Source of the DNA: Rhabdochlamydiaceae bacterium
GTDB lineage: Bacteria; Chlamydiota; Chlamydiia; Chlamydiales; Rhabdochlamydiaceae
Assembly: GCA_019745395.1 (NCBI GenBank)
Contig: JAIETG010000010.1
Location: 34,796 to 98,795 of the forward strand
Length of the DNA: 64,000 bases
Direction: 5' to 3'
The notes under the pieces are model-generated. The model ran no database searches, was not told the origin of the DNA, and worked only from the letters and a program-made list of their open reading frames with translations. Below are positions 43,342 through 53,402 of the stretch, piece after piece (positions within the stretch are counted from its first letter, which is position 1; every line of letters begins with the position of its first letter). The position numbers were made by a program, and so were the translations under genes.

Positions 43342-45074
43342 CTCCAGCTTAAAGGCTGATAAATCGCCTCATTCTCTGGTTGTAATACAAGATTTCCACA
43401 AGCAATAAGAGGATTGGATATCAACTCATCTTGCTGCTTTATCCGAATGTTCATTTTTATCTCATTCATGAATGCCTGCAAAGAAACAGGATCGATACGC
43501 TCTAAACTGCGATCAATAGACACAGATTCCCATAAGGCTTTAAGACCTTTCACTAGAGTTTGAAGCATCAACGGATTTTGTAAAATCTCCTCAAAACTTT
43601 GCTGCTCCCCTAATTCTGCAACAGATTCTAAGACTGTTATACATTCTGAACTTAAATTTGAATGAGTCTTAAGTTGTTCCACACGGTATGCATTTCCCAT
43701 ACAAGCATAGAGTATCGCCGTAGCATAGCCTGCAAAAAATGTCATGTTAGGACGATTTGTTTTGATAGAAAAACTATTGTCTTCCAATTTTGTTACAACA
43801 ACCGAAAAATCTATAGGAATGTAGCACCCTTCATGGTGCAAAAGCTTACTCGCTACAGGCAAATCAGTTGGCCGGCTAAGAGCTCTAAGCCCATATTGAG
43901 GATCATCTTGCAATACAGTCACAGAGTTTCCAAGCGTCATCGTAAGAGCTTGTATAATGGTAGGAGTTCCTGGAATATCTCCATAACGAACCTTTCGCAC
44001 GAGATACTCAAAATCCTCGTCATTAAACTTAGGATGTAGACCTCCACATTCTTCTAGAGAGTGAAGCTCTTTCACAACTCTTTCATAAACTGCTACCCGA
44101 TCTTCACAATCTTCTAAAGCAGTACCTGCCAAATTCCTCAAATACATGACCCAAGTATGCATCATATAATTTGATTGAAAATTGGGGGGATTTTTAATAT
44201 TTCTAGCAAAAATCTTCAAACGTTCGCATTCTGAAGTAGTTCCCAAAAACATCGGATTATTTCTAATAGCATCTAGTAAAAATTCCGAATTTTTACTTTT
44301 TGAAATTTCTTTCCAAAGACACACAGCATAGCTTAAGTAAAAACTATCTTTTTTATTTACGATCTCTCGGCCTCTTACTTCAGCTCCACTTGGCAGTGTT
44401 ATCAGCTTTTCCTCTAAAACCATGGACTTAGATTTTATGGACTTACTTTTCTTAAGTTCCTCCCCATACAAAATAGTTCGCTCTGTCTCATTTAGAGAAA
44501 CACGAGAAGGAAGATCTGCTCGTTTATAAGATACGGGATTTTGATGCAGCGATAAGGAAGATTTGGCAACACCCAAAATTCTTTTTTGGGGTCTAAAATC
44601 ATTTAACAATGAAGATGTGGCCATCTCTTTTGGCTCTGAAGAAAATGGCAAAGCCGTTAGGCTCATGTTCTCATGAGATGTGCGATATCGATTCCATTCT
44701 GTTTCCGCCCCCAACTCTTCAACATCTTCTCCAAGCTGTAGCTCCAAAAAGTTTCGAAATTTAGAGGATAGCAAGCCCTGCTCTTCCTCTTCTTGAGAGG
44801 GTATTTCATTCATTAACTCGCTCAATAAATTTCGTCTTGGAGAAGGTGTCGCAATAGCACTCTTTTCATCTCTTTGTAGAAAAGATTGCTCAGCATTTTT
44901 TTTAACAGAAACTGACGATGTCAGAGTTTTTTGAGCAACATCTGAAATTTTAGGATTAGCTCGTAGTCCTCTTGCATATTTACCACAAGCAACTACGGCA
45001 AGAGCAACTCCAGTCGCCAATACCGCCGAAGCGCCAACTACCCATAAATCTTCTGAGGAAAGCGTATTAATCAT
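43338..45074 (-). CDS. Membrane-anchored paralogue of the N-terminal domain of the PP2C fusion protein
   Basis: N-terminal TM segment LWVVGASAVLATGVALAVVACG. LITLPSGAEVRGREIVNKKDSFYLSYAVCLW, MHTWVMYLRNLAGTALED, VRYGDIPGTPTIIQALT and LKALWESV all have counterparts in 39203..41842. Confidence 0.6.
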   Translation of the reverse strand: MINTLSSEDLWVVGASAVLATGVALAVVACGKYARGLRANPKISDVAQKTLTSSVSVKKNAEQSFLQRDEKSAIATPSPRRNLLSELMNEIPSQEEEEQGLLSSKFRNFLELQLGEDVEELGAETEWNRYRTSHENMSLTALPFSSEPKEMATSSLLNDFRPQKRILGVAKSSLSLHQNPVSYKRADLPSRVSLNETERTILYGEELKKSKSIKSKSMVLEEKLITLPSGAEVRGREIVNKKDSFYLSYAVCLWKEISKSKNSEFLLDAIRNNPMFLGTTSECERLKIFARNIKNPPNFQSNYMMHTWVMYLRNLAGTALEDCEDRVAVYERVVKELHSLEECGGLHPKFNDEDFEYLVRKVRYGDIPGTPTIIQALTMTLGNSVTVLQDDPQYGLRALSRPTDLPVASKLLHHEGCYIPIDFSVVVTKLEDNSFSIKTNRPNMTFFAGYATAILYACMGNAYRVEQLKTHSNLSSECITVLESVAELGEQQSFEEILQNPLMLQTLVKGLKALWESVSIDRSLERIDPVSLQAFMNEIKMNIRIKQQDELISNPLIACGNLVLQPENEAIYQPLSWS

Positions 45075-45202
45075 ATTTTACCATTTCAATTTGCGAGATT
45101 ACGTTGAGATTAAAAAACACTAAAAAAGCACTTACAAAAACTTTGGATTGCGGATCCAACTGAAAATAAGATTTGCAGATCAATTCAACTATTTATTTAG
45201 AA

Positions 45203-46402
45203 CTACAACAAATGACGTATTTCTATTCCCATAACAAACAAACTAAACAGGAAAAGAGCTGACAAAAACAACTTTTTACCCATCTTCATAGGACCTTGTT
45301 GCCCTTTATGGATCAAGAAAAACAGCAAAACGGGATAGATGCCGTTGAGCAAACTTTCCCCTATTCCTCCAGCAACTCCCAGCGCGCGATCAAAAAGATG
45401 AGGATCTAATGCCACACAAACTAGCGGAGGAATTAACGCTAAGAGAATTGCATAGATACGGCGATTGAAATGCTTTCTTTTTCCAAGAGCTTCTTGAATA
45501 AAGTCCACCAAAGAAAACGAGACTCCTAAAAAAGAAGTCGTAAGTGCAAAAAATGCAAAAGTCTGTCCTAAAACAAAAATATGAGGATGACCTCCTTGGG
45601 CTAGAGCATAGGTAACAGGAAGTCCTTGAGATAGCACATCTGTTAATGCTTGCAAAGAAAGCGCTCCTAAAACAAACCACTGCCAAATTACATAAAGAAC
45701 AAAAGCTAAAAAAGTTCCTAAGATGATAGAAATCCGCAACGCTTTTTTATCCGACCCAAGATATTGGGTTAAAGAAGGGATAATATTGTGATATCCAAAT
45801 GCACCAAAAAGAATAGGAATTGCAGCTATAGAAAAAGTCAGGGGTTTTGCCAAAAGCCTATCTACACATACATCCCCTTTCCCTAAGAAGATGATCAAAG
45901 GAAATAGGATAAGCATGCCCAAAGAAAGAACTGCGTTAGTTTTATCTATAAAACGCGCTCCTAAAGCTACAATACCGCCAAAAAAAACAGCAAAAAACGC
46001 AATTTCTTGTCCGGAAGACAGAGAAAGCCCCAGGGAAGAAAGACCCAACCCTAAAAGAGGAGATCCTCCAGAAAAATAGGCCACCATGAGGGCATAATAT
46101 AAAAACAAATAGAGAAAAATGGTGATCCATTTACTTTTCTTCCCTAAAAGCTCGGAGGAAAGGGTGATGAAATTAGAACCTCGAGGCATACGAAGAGCTA
46201 CTTCTAGCAGCAAAAGACCTGTAATTGCCATAAAAACCCATACGAGCAGAGTTGCCAAAAAAGCGGCACCAAATCCCCCTTGCGCGGTCATCAAGGGAAT
46301 ACCTAACATGCCAGCTCCCACCGTCGTTCCAAAAACCATCAAAGAGCCGCTAAATAAACGGGTCCAAGAAAATCGAGAGCCTAAAGAAAAAGTATTTTGC
46401 AT
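45203..46402 (-). CDS. tyrP: Aromatic amino acid (Tyr/Trp) permease, HAAAP family
   Basis: N-terminal GTTVGAGMLGIPLMTAQGGF signature, ~11 TM segments, ~400 aa. Confidence 0.8.
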   Translation of the reverse strand: MQNTFSLGSRFSWTRLFSGSLMVFGTTVGAGMLGIPLMTAQGGFGAAFLATLLVWVFMAITGLLLLEVALRMPRGSNFITLSSELLGKKSKWITIFLYLFLYYALMVAYFSGGSPLLGLGLSSLGLSLSSGQEIAFFAVFFGGIVALGARFIDKTNAVLSLGMLILFPLIIFLGKGDVCVDRLLAKPLTFSIAAIPILFGAFGYHNIIPSLTQYLGSDKKALRISIILGTFLAFVLYVIWQWFVLGALSLQALTDVLSQGLPVTYALAQGGHPHIFVLGQTFAFFALTTSFLGVSFSLVDFIQEALGKRKHFNRRIYAILLALIPPLVCVALDPHLFDRALGVAGGIGESLLNGIYPVLLFFLIHKGQQGPMKMGKKLFLSALFLFSLFVMGIEIRHLL

Positions 46403-46463
46403 TGAGTGTTTTTTTGTATAAAATGAGGTAAGATTTTACTTTTGAATTCCCATTCGTGTCAAT

Positions 46464-46730
46464 ATGGAAAAATGTCGCTTTTTAATAAGAGTATCTCCAA
46501 GAGCTTTCCGTTCCGAATGCTTGGGATGGGAAGAGAATATATTAAAAATAAAACTACGAGCAATTCCTGACAAAGGAAGCGCTAATGAAGAACTCATCGC
46601 CTTTCTTTCCTCACGCCTTCAAGTCTCTAAATCCTGCATTACCCTACAAAAAGGACATACTTCTCGTTTAAAACAAATAGAAGTACTAGGCCTTTCTTTA
46701 GAAAAAGTTCAGGAGCTACTCGGGCAGTAA
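46464..46730 (+). CDS. DUF167/YggU-family protein
   Basis: IRVSPRAFRSE...LKIKLRAIPDKGSANEELIAFLSSRLQVSKSCITLQKGHTSRLKQIEV matches the YggU pattern (V.P.A...........L.v.l.A.P..G.AN..l..fL...l.v....i.i..G..sr.K.i.i). Confidence 0.75.
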   Translation: MEKCRFLIRVSPRAFRSECLGWEENILKIKLRAIPDKGSANEELIAFLSSRLQVSKSCITLQKGHTSRLKQIEVLGLSLEKVQELLGQ

Positions 46731-47009
46731 ATCTTTTTTTTCTTCCAAAAGATTTTGAATTTTGATTTCAATCAAGTGGACCTTATCTATCGATTCCTGC
46801 TCTAGAAAAAACTCTCTCCGGGCTTCTAAATAATTGCCTCGATCAAATTGCAGCCGTCCTCCTTTATCGCGATGGGAAGAGGATTTTCTTTGCAGGTGTT
46901 TTTTTTCTTTTTCTAAGCAAAAAATATCTTGATCGATCTTTGCGATTCTTTGGAGATCCCCGTCTTCTATGGCGGCTATGGAAAGAAAAAAACACATGAC
47001 TCGTATCAA
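46716..47009 (-). CDS. Hypothetical coiled-coil protein (97 aa)
   Basis: ORF only. It overlaps the DUF167 gene end convergently. Confidence 0.3.
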   Translation of the reverse strand: MIRVMCFFLSIAAIEDGDLQRIAKIDQDIFCLEKEKKHLQRKSSSHRDKGGRLQFDRGNYLEARREFFLEQESIDKVHLIEIKIQNLLEEKKDLLPE

Positions 47010-47121
47010 TCTTCTCCCCTTTCGCTAAATCATATAAATATTTTTTTAACCAATAAAAATCAACTCTTCATTAAACAACTAATCGGATATACTGAGGATT
47101 TTAAGGAACACACGTACTAAT

Positions 47122-48138
47122 ATGCGCATTTGGGGATTTTTAATAAGAAGCCTAGCCCTACTGCTTCTTTGTTCTTCTTTTAAAATGGCAGATCGCCTTT
47201 TAGAAGGAAAACCTGGGGATTACATCGTTACCCAGCAAGATCGAAACTATTCCCTTCTTTTTTTAAGAGAACTTCGTAAAGATGCGTTTCTTTTCGAAGA
47301 GATCACAGTTCCTGTACATCTAATCAATAAATCTTCTCCGCCATGGAAAGAATGGCTTTCACAAGGTGCTCCAGGCCACACTTCTTGGGTTCAATACGAG
47401 ATCGATCCTTCAACATTTCAACTTATAGAAGCCTACTCCTTTTCTAAAAATGGTTGGATGTATCTCGATGAAACAGATTACATGCTCTCCAAACTCCTTT
47501 CTCTCCCGTTATCACACATTCCACACGCTGATAGAAAAAAAATAGGACCAGCTCCTCGAGAAGATGAAGCTGATCGAAGAAAGCTCTGGAATCCCCCCTT
47601 TGCATTCGAAGGGAAAAAGACCCCATCTACATCAGAGGCCTGGAAAACTTTTTGGCCACAAGACAGCTCACTACTTTCTTCTTGCCAAATCACTCTGTAT
47701 TTCCCCCCAAAAGAACTATCGACGTTCCCTTCTTGGATTGAAGCAAGTAACGGTCATTTTAGCTATGCAATCAAGCTTATCGATTCAGGAAAAAATATTG
47801 AATCTCCATTAAAACGCACACTACCCCATAGACCGCCTCAAATCTTAAAACCCGTCCTTACGGAAAAAAATCAAATACTCATCTCCATTAAGGCCTCCCA
47901 ATACTATAAATCCTTTTCTCTTTTTGCCTCAGACATTACAAAACCAAGATCTCGTATTGGCCCCATCCCGTTTTCTTTAAAGAACGGAAAAAATCCAGAA
48001 GAACATGTTTTGAGCATTGCGATAGAAGATCTTTCCGCTGTTTTTGAGAAAAACCACCACTATAAATGGCTACTACTTCCGGAGAGTGCGGAAGCCTTTG
48101 TAATTGAATCGGATGACTTTTTCCGCTGGTCTCCATAA
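47122..48138 (+). CDS. Hypothetical exported protein (338 aa)
   Basis: Signal-peptide-like N-terminus MRIWGFLIRSLALLLLCSSF. No motif recognised. Confidence 0.55.
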   Translation: MRIWGFLIRSLALLLLCSSFKMADRLLEGKPGDYIVTQQDRNYSLLFLRELRKDAFLFEEITVPVHLINKSSPPWKEWLSQGAPGHTSWVQYEIDPSTFQLIEAYSFSKNGWMYLDETDYMLSKLLSLPLSHIPHADRKKIGPAPREDEADRRKLWNPPFAFEGKKTPSTSEAWKTFWPQDSSLLSSCQITLYFPPKELSTFPSWIEASNGHFSYAIKLIDSGKNIESPLKRTLPHRPPQILKPVLTEKNQILISIKASQYYKSFSLFASDITKPRSRIGPIPFSLKNGKNPEEHVLSIAIEDLSAVFEKNHHYKWLLLPESAEAFVIESDDFFRWSP

Positions 48139-48536
48139 GTTATGAACAAATTTCGTCAACAAAAAAAATTCCCCGGCCCCACAACTATCTCTCAAGCCAT
48201 TTTCCTGAACGCTACATTTGCAAATCACTTAAAATAAGCAACTTGCAAAACATTAACCTAAACGATCACCAAATAACTCAACACAAAGAAGATAGGAAAT
48301 CTCGAGAGATCTCCCTATAAATCTTCCACTTTATCAACAAGTTTTCCACATAGTTTTCTCTAAATCTATCACTTTGATGTCTTTCCGAAAATCTACCAAC
48401 ACCAAAAAAAATGATGAAAAGAGCAGGAAAATTAGAAAGCTTTTTTGGAGATGAGGTTCATCGATTCTAAGGGACTGCGCGAAAATTTCACTCAAGAACC
48501 TCGCGCAGAATACGAGATAAGACCATCACTCGTAGA

Positions 48537-48872
48537 TTATGTAATTAACCATCTTTCATATGCTTCTAAAAGAGATTCCCCTTCCTCGACTGTAAAAGAT
48601 TCTTCTTCTAAATCTTCACAAAAATCTGCAAAAGATCCTTCATACCAGTTCGGGTCTTCCATAATTGCATTTACCCGTTTCTCTATTTCCTCTCGTAATA
48701 TTTCTTTATTACCTTCTATTTCTTCTGATAATAACTCTAGCCCCCCTACTATTTCTTCTACTGATAATTTTAGAACTTCTACCATTTCATCTTCTAATCC
48801 TTCTTCAGCCGCTTCGATCTCATCTAAAATAGAGTAGAACAATTCCCTGTAAGGTCCACAAACACTTTCCAT
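48537..48872 (-). CDS. Small, highly acidic protein (111 aa)
   Basis: AAGGAGAG lies upstream of the ATG. Glu/Asp-rich helical sequence. The antisense + ORF 48445..48837 is Ser-rich low complexity with no RBS and is judged spurious. Confidence 0.45.
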   Translation of the reverse strand: MESVCGPYRELFYSILDEIEAAEEGLEDEMVEVLKLSVEEIVGGLELLSEEIEGNKEILREEIEKRVNAIMEDPNWYEGSFADFCEDLEEESFTVEEGESLLEAYERWLIT

Positions 48873-49097
48873 AACACTCTCCTTTTTATATTTTTATAGT
48901 TTGTACAGCGCCTATAAGCTCAACAGGCACTACTGTTAGTGTATTTAAAAAAAACAAAACAGTCAATAAATTAATTTAAAAAAACACCGCAAACAAATAA
49001 AAATAAACAACATAAATACACTATTACCAAGCAATAAAGACTTGAAAATTAGGAACTATGTCCATGAAAAGGAACGTTACTCTTTTCCAAAAACAGA

Positions 49098-49799
49098 TTG
49101 CCTATTTTACCCCTCTTTTGCATAAAGAGTCTTATGCAAGAAAAAAACTCTCCTTTTACTTCCACTTTCCCCTTAAAACAGCAAGTTATTGCAGGCGTCA
49201 TCGTTTTTTATGAAGAATCGACAGAAAACCTAGCTCCTCATTTTTCCCCTAAAGAAGCTGCTCAGTTCTCTCTTTTAGTCTGCGAAGCGCAGATCGATCC
49301 CAAAAAAGCCTACAGTCAAGCTCTAGCATGGAAAGAAGAGAGAAAAAACCATCCCGCAATAGACAATTTACTAGCGTTTTTGCATCTACAGAATAAAGAG
49401 TTGAAAAAAGCGGAAGAGCTCATCAAGCAATCTTATGAAAACTACCCCGACTATCTTTTTGCAAAAATCAACTATGCAGATCAATGCCTCAGAAAAAAAC
49501 AAAGGAAAGAAATCCCTCGTATTTTCCCAACCTTTGAACTATCGAAGCTACTTCCTCATAAAGCAGCTTTTCATGTATCCGAGTTTCGAGGCTTTATGAT
49601 CCTGTTGGCTCGATATCACCGTCAAATAGGCAAAAAAAAAGACGCTCAGAAATATTATGAATACGCCTATACGGCAGATCCATCTCATCCAAGTGTGATA
49701 GCTCTAGAAAAAGAGCTCTTTAGAAATTTTAAGCCGTATAAAAGCTTGCTCCAATTTTTAAAATTCTTTAGAGTGGTCGCCAAAAACTCTAGAGGATGA
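49098..49799 (+). CDS. Hypothetical helical-repeat (TPR-like) protein
   Basis: AYSQALAWKEE...AIDNLLAFLHLQNKELKKAEELIKQSYENYPDY...GKKKDAQKYYEYAYTADPSHP. The start is uncertain; an internal ATG lies at ~49134. Confidence 0.5.
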   Translation: MPILPLFCIKSLMQEKNSPFTSTFPLKQQVIAGVIVFYEESTENLAPHFSPKEAAQFSLLVCEAQIDPKKAYSQALAWKEERKNHPAIDNLLAFLHLQNKELKKAEELIKQSYENYPDYLFAKINYADQCLRKKQRKEIPRIFPTFELSKLLPHKAAFHVSEFRGFMILLARYHRQIGKKKDAQKYYEYAYTADPSHPSVIALEKELFRNFKPYKSLLQFLKFFRVVAKNSRG

Positions 49800-49806
49800 T
49801 CCTATC

Positions 49807-51690
49807 ATGAAGCGCTTCTTTTCCTCCCTCCCCTTAAAAAAAGCTACGAAGCTACTAATCAGTGCCTTCCATCTCTTTGAACGAAAAAAATCTAAACTCT
49901 CCGCTGAACAAAAAAAACTTTTCGAAAAAGAACTGACTACCCTTCAAGAAATCATCCTGAACAAGGAAAGTAAAAGCGTAAAAAAACAAAGTAAAGTTGT
50001 GCAAAATCTTGCAGAAAAACTTCTTCCTAAAGCTCCCTGGGAAAAAGCAGGAAGTTTTATATTAGCGTTAGCTGTTGCTCTTTGTCTTGCTTTCGTCATC
50101 CGGCAAACTCTTTTTGAACCGTATGAAATCCCCACAGGATCAATGCGCCCTACTTTTAAAGAACACGATAGGCTTGTAGTCTCTAAGACTTCTTTTGGAA
50201 TTAATTCACCGTTTCGACTCAGACAAATGTACTTTGATCCGCAATTAGTTCAAAGAAGTGGAACTGTTGTCTTTTCTGGAGAAGACATGGATATCCGCGA
50301 TGTAGATACACGTTATTTCTATCTTTTTCCTGGAAAAAAACAATATGTCAAACGGTTGATAGGGAAACCTGGAGATACTCTATATTTTTATGGAGGTCGC
50401 ATCTATGGAATCGATTCAAATGGCCTTGATATTTCTGGACAATTACAACCCTCTTGCTTAGATCGCATTGAGCACATCCCTTTTATTCAATTCGAAGGAA
50501 AAGTTTTAACCCCTCCTCAAGCAGTTCAAGGAGTCTATTCTCCTGCTGTTATTTACCAAATGAACGAACCTGTTGCAAAGCTCTCTTTAAACTCAGCTCA
50601 GCAAGTTTCAGGAGAAATGCTCCCCATACTCGTTGACGCAAACAAAATTTCCCCTCCCCCGGCTACATACGGGGATCTTTGGGGAATCAAAAATTTTGGA
50701 ATGGGCCGTCTCTTGACCAAACAAGAAATTTTGCAATACACAAAAGAAACCTTACAAGGCATTCCTGAAGGGGTACTTTATTTAGAAATCACTCACAATC
50801 CTAATTTACAAAATAGTAAAGTCCGAAGAGATATTCGAGGACGTATGCGACCGACATTAGGACTAAATACTTCGGTAATTCCTTTAAACGCACAACAGAT
50901 TAAAACACTTTTTAACAGTCTCTACACGGCCCGATTTGTGGTGAAAAATGGACTTGCTTATCGCTATGGCATGCCAGAGACTTCCATACAAAGCCCCTAC
51001 CTTCCAAAGCTGTCCAATGTTCCTGATGGGACCTATGAGTTTTACTACGGGAAAGCCTACAAAATCTCTTTCGAAGGACTCTGCTTTGAACTTCCCCCAG
51101 AGCACCCACTCTACGAACTAGACCCTCAAAGAGTACAGCTACTGTATAACTTCGGGATCGAATGGGATACACGAGTAATGCCACCAAACAACTACGGAGT
51201 GATGTTCCCTTCTCGTTATGTATATTTTCGTGACGGCGCTTTGTGCGTTATGGGAGCCCCTTTATTTCTCCCATCTGACACTTCTTTGCAATATTTCCTG
51301 CACGCAGAGCTAATGAAGCAAGACTCCTCTATCGACAAAAGCTATGTCCCTTTTGTTGATCATGGAGCTCCTCTTAACCCTGATGGCAGCTTAAATACTG
51401 CGATGGTAAAACAATTGGGACTTGCAGTCCCAGAAAAGATGTACCTTGTTTTAGGGGACAATCACGCAATGAGCGCAGATAGCCGAGAATTTGGATTTGT
51501 TCCAGAACAAAACCTCAAAGGAGCCCCTGACTGCATTTTCTGGCCTCCAGGACCTCGCTTTGGATCTCCCAATCAACCCGCATATCCTTTTATGAACTTT
51601 CCAAGGGCTATTATGTGGACAGTTGTTGCCGGTGCAATTTTGGCATACACTCTTTATCAAAAAAGAAGAAATAAACTGCCTCTATTATAG
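49807..51690 (+). CDS. lepB: Signal peptidase I, long form
   Basis: Catalytic Ser box IPTGSMRPTF, KRLIGKPGDT, GDNHAMSADSREFGFV. ~627 aa with a large insertion, as in chlamydial LepB. Confidence 0.9.
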   Translation: MKRFFSSLPLKKATKLLISAFHLFERKKSKLSAEQKKLFEKELTTLQEIILNKESKSVKKQSKVVQNLAEKLLPKAPWEKAGSFILALAVALCLAFVIRQTLFEPYEIPTGSMRPTFKEHDRLVVSKTSFGINSPFRLRQMYFDPQLVQRSGTVVFSGEDMDIRDVDTRYFYLFPGKKQYVKRLIGKPGDTLYFYGGRIYGIDSNGLDISGQLQPSCLDRIEHIPFIQFEGKVLTPPQAVQGVYSPAVIYQMNEPVAKLSLNSAQQVSGEMLPILVDANKISPPPATYGDLWGIKNFGMGRLLTKQEILQYTKETLQGIPEGVLYLEITHNPNLQNSKVRRDIRGRMRPTLGLNTSVIPLNAQQIKTLFNSLYTARFVVKNGLAYRYGMPETSIQSPYLPKLSNVPDGTYEFYYGKAYKISFEGLCFELPPEHPLYELDPQRVQLLYNFGIEWDTRVMPPNNYGVMFPSRYVYFRDGALCVMGAPLFLPSDTSLQYFLHAELMKQDSSIDKSYVPFVDHGAPLNPDGSLNTAMVKQLGLAVPEKMYLVLGDNHAMSADSREFGFVPEQNLKGAPDCIFWPPGPRFGSPNQPAYPFMNFPRAIMWTVVAGAILAYTLYQKRRNKLPLL

Positions 51691-51696
51691 ATAGGG

Positions 51697-51825
51697 ATGA
51701 TTCCTATGCGAATGATTGATCTACCTAGTGATACTGTAACAAAACCATCTCCAGCTATGCGCTAGGCAATTTTCCTAGCCGAGCTTGGAGATGACGTAAT
51801 GGGAGAAGATCCTACGGTTATTGAC
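51697..51825 (+). pseudogene. ltaE: 5' fragment of low-specificity threonine aldolase, with an in-frame TAG, truncated after ~40 codons
   Basis: M(IPMR)[35 protein letters not shown] parallels the LtaE N-terminus (MIDLRSDTVT.P...M..A......GDDVYG.DPTV). Homology stops at ~51825, where IS-derived sequence begins. Confidence 0.7.
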
Positions 51826-52130
51826 ATCCTCCCCTCCCTAAAAGAAGGGGATTCCTACGGCGTTCAGCTAAAAGCTAACTGACTCACTTCGGCGGGTTCC
51901 TGCTTCATTGAGAGGCTCTTTGCCGACTCTCCACAGGCTAACAAGCGATATCCTCGCTCTAATACGTTAACTACGCCAACCATATCGGCATGATTACTGT
52001 AATTGCAAATAACACATTCAAATAATGCTTGCGTCTTGCGATTATCAGCCGAAAAATGATGACAATCTGGACAGGTTCGGCTCGTATTAGCTGCAGGCAC
52101 AGTAAGTAACATTCCAGCAGCCCAATGCAA
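51826..52130 (-). mobile_element. tnpB: IS200/IS605-family remnant: C-terminal ~88 codons of TnpB (OrfB) plus an adjacent right-end hairpin
   Basis: TSRTCPDCHHFSADNRKTQALFECVICNYSNHADMVGVVNVLERG is a CxxC...CxxC zinc ribbon plus the last RuvC motif (D..N.A.NI-like). Hairpin cccc-tccctaaaagaa-gggg at ~51831-51850. No upstream tnpB sequence or tnpA is present. Confidence 0.65.
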
Positions 52131-52350
52131 GCGCCTGTTAGTTAAAAAGATAGAACTTTATCATCCATTAGACAGACAACCCACATCTAATCTCAACACA
52201 TCTTCACGAAAAAAATAATAAACGTAAATCGCTCTAAACTTACACACTATAAATTAAACAAAACAAACATATACAAAATTATTGAATTTTTAATCTAATA
52301 ATGAGATAATGTTATTATAAGATTAATATAAATACGGAGATTTATAAAAT

Positions 52351-52935
52351 ATGTTGTGGCTTTCTGAAGAATTAAAAGAATCGCATCCTTTATTCAATAG
52401 CGTTCAGTATGTAACTCAGCAATCTTGTGAAAGACAAGAAACTGAAATGAACTATAAAGACATCAACCGCAAATTCATCTCTTTTGATCTACGAGACAAA
52501 GCAATGATGTTATTGGTCGGTATGACAGTGAAACCTTTTGGGTTCTTCGAAAATATGCACGACTATTTGATCGATTCTAGCATTCGTTTTTTTAGAGTTT
52601 GGGCTGAAAAAGCCATTGCTAAAAGAGGAGAGATCCACTTACGTAAGTTGTACATGAAACACCCTGAAAAATTCTTTAATGTTGAATTCGAAAACAAAAA
52701 AAGTACCAGCACAAAGTTAGCTAAAGGTTGTTATATCATTAACGAAATATGCAACGTAAAACGCGTATCTCTACATGAGAAAGAGCAATTTCCGAGCATG
52801 ATCAATGATTTCCGTAGAACTATGGAAAAAGAAAGCCAACAGGCTCACCAAGACAACCTAATCGGTTCGTCTTATTCCGAAGGTGAAAATGAGGCAAAAC
52901 TAATTCCTATAGCAAACCGCAGCGCGGCACAGTAA
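52351..52935 (+). CDS. Hypothetical protein (194 aa)
   Basis: ORF with GGAG 10 nt upstream of the ATG and a long hairpin downstream. No motif recognised. Confidence 0.5.
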   Translation: MLWLSEELKESHPLFNSVQYVTQQSCERQETEMNYKDINRKFISFDLRDKAMMLLVGMTVKPFGFFENMHDYLIDSSIRFFRVWAEKAIAKRGEIHLRKLYMKHPEKFFNVEFENKKSTSTKLAKGCYIINEICNVKRVSLHEKEQFPSMINDFRRTMEKESQQAHQDNLIGSSYSEGENEAKLIPIANRSAAQ

Positions 52936-52947
52936 TATAATATTTCT

Positions 52948-52984
52948 AACACCACTTGTCGCTATCAGAGCGATGAGTGGTGTT
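52948..52984 (+). terminator. Long stem-loop after the 52351..52935 gene
   Basis: aacaccacttgtcgct-atcag-agcgatgagtggtgtt: a ~16-bp stem including G-U pairs. The downstream T tract is weak. Confidence 0.5.
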
Positions 52985-53351
52985 CTCATTTAACCTTATA
53001 AAAACACTCTCTCATCTAGTCAATTGAACAGTTTTTCTGCACATTGAAAAATCGCAATTTTATTTTAAAAATATGCTGGGTGTATTTTCTACCATTTCTT
53101 ACATCATGTTTGTGTTGTGGCTTTGCCGCTCCTAATAACCTATTCAAATCTGATCATTCGATCTTTTAAATAAACACGTTAACCAAGCAGTGTTGTTAAC
53201 GATTCACCCGTCGAATTTCTTTGAAAAAAATCGGGAAGTTGCCTTCTCATCCAGATCGACAATAACGAGGAACAGGAGAATCCCGAAAATGCGCAGCAAG
53301 CGCGGATTTAAGTTTTTTTAAACCTTCAAGATCAATACAAACACAAAAACA

Positions 53352-53395
53352 CCAAGAAAAAGATCTCTCCTTAGATTTCTCCAAGGAGAGATCTT
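53352..53395 (-). terminator. Intrinsic terminator after ileS
   Basis: 13-bp stem aagatctctcctt / aaggagagatctt, followed on the minus strand by TTTCTT. Confidence 0.7.
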
Positions 53396-53402
53396 AAAGG
53401 AT

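Noticed and set aside
53073-53135. 20-codon hydrophobic mini-ORF (MLGVFSTISYIMFVLWLCRS) in the ileS-distal spacer, reminiscent of type I toxin peptides
   Set aside because: There is no Shine-Dalgarno sequence, no flanking antisense-RNA-like structure that I could see, and no second copy. It is likely a chance ORF in AT-rich DNA.
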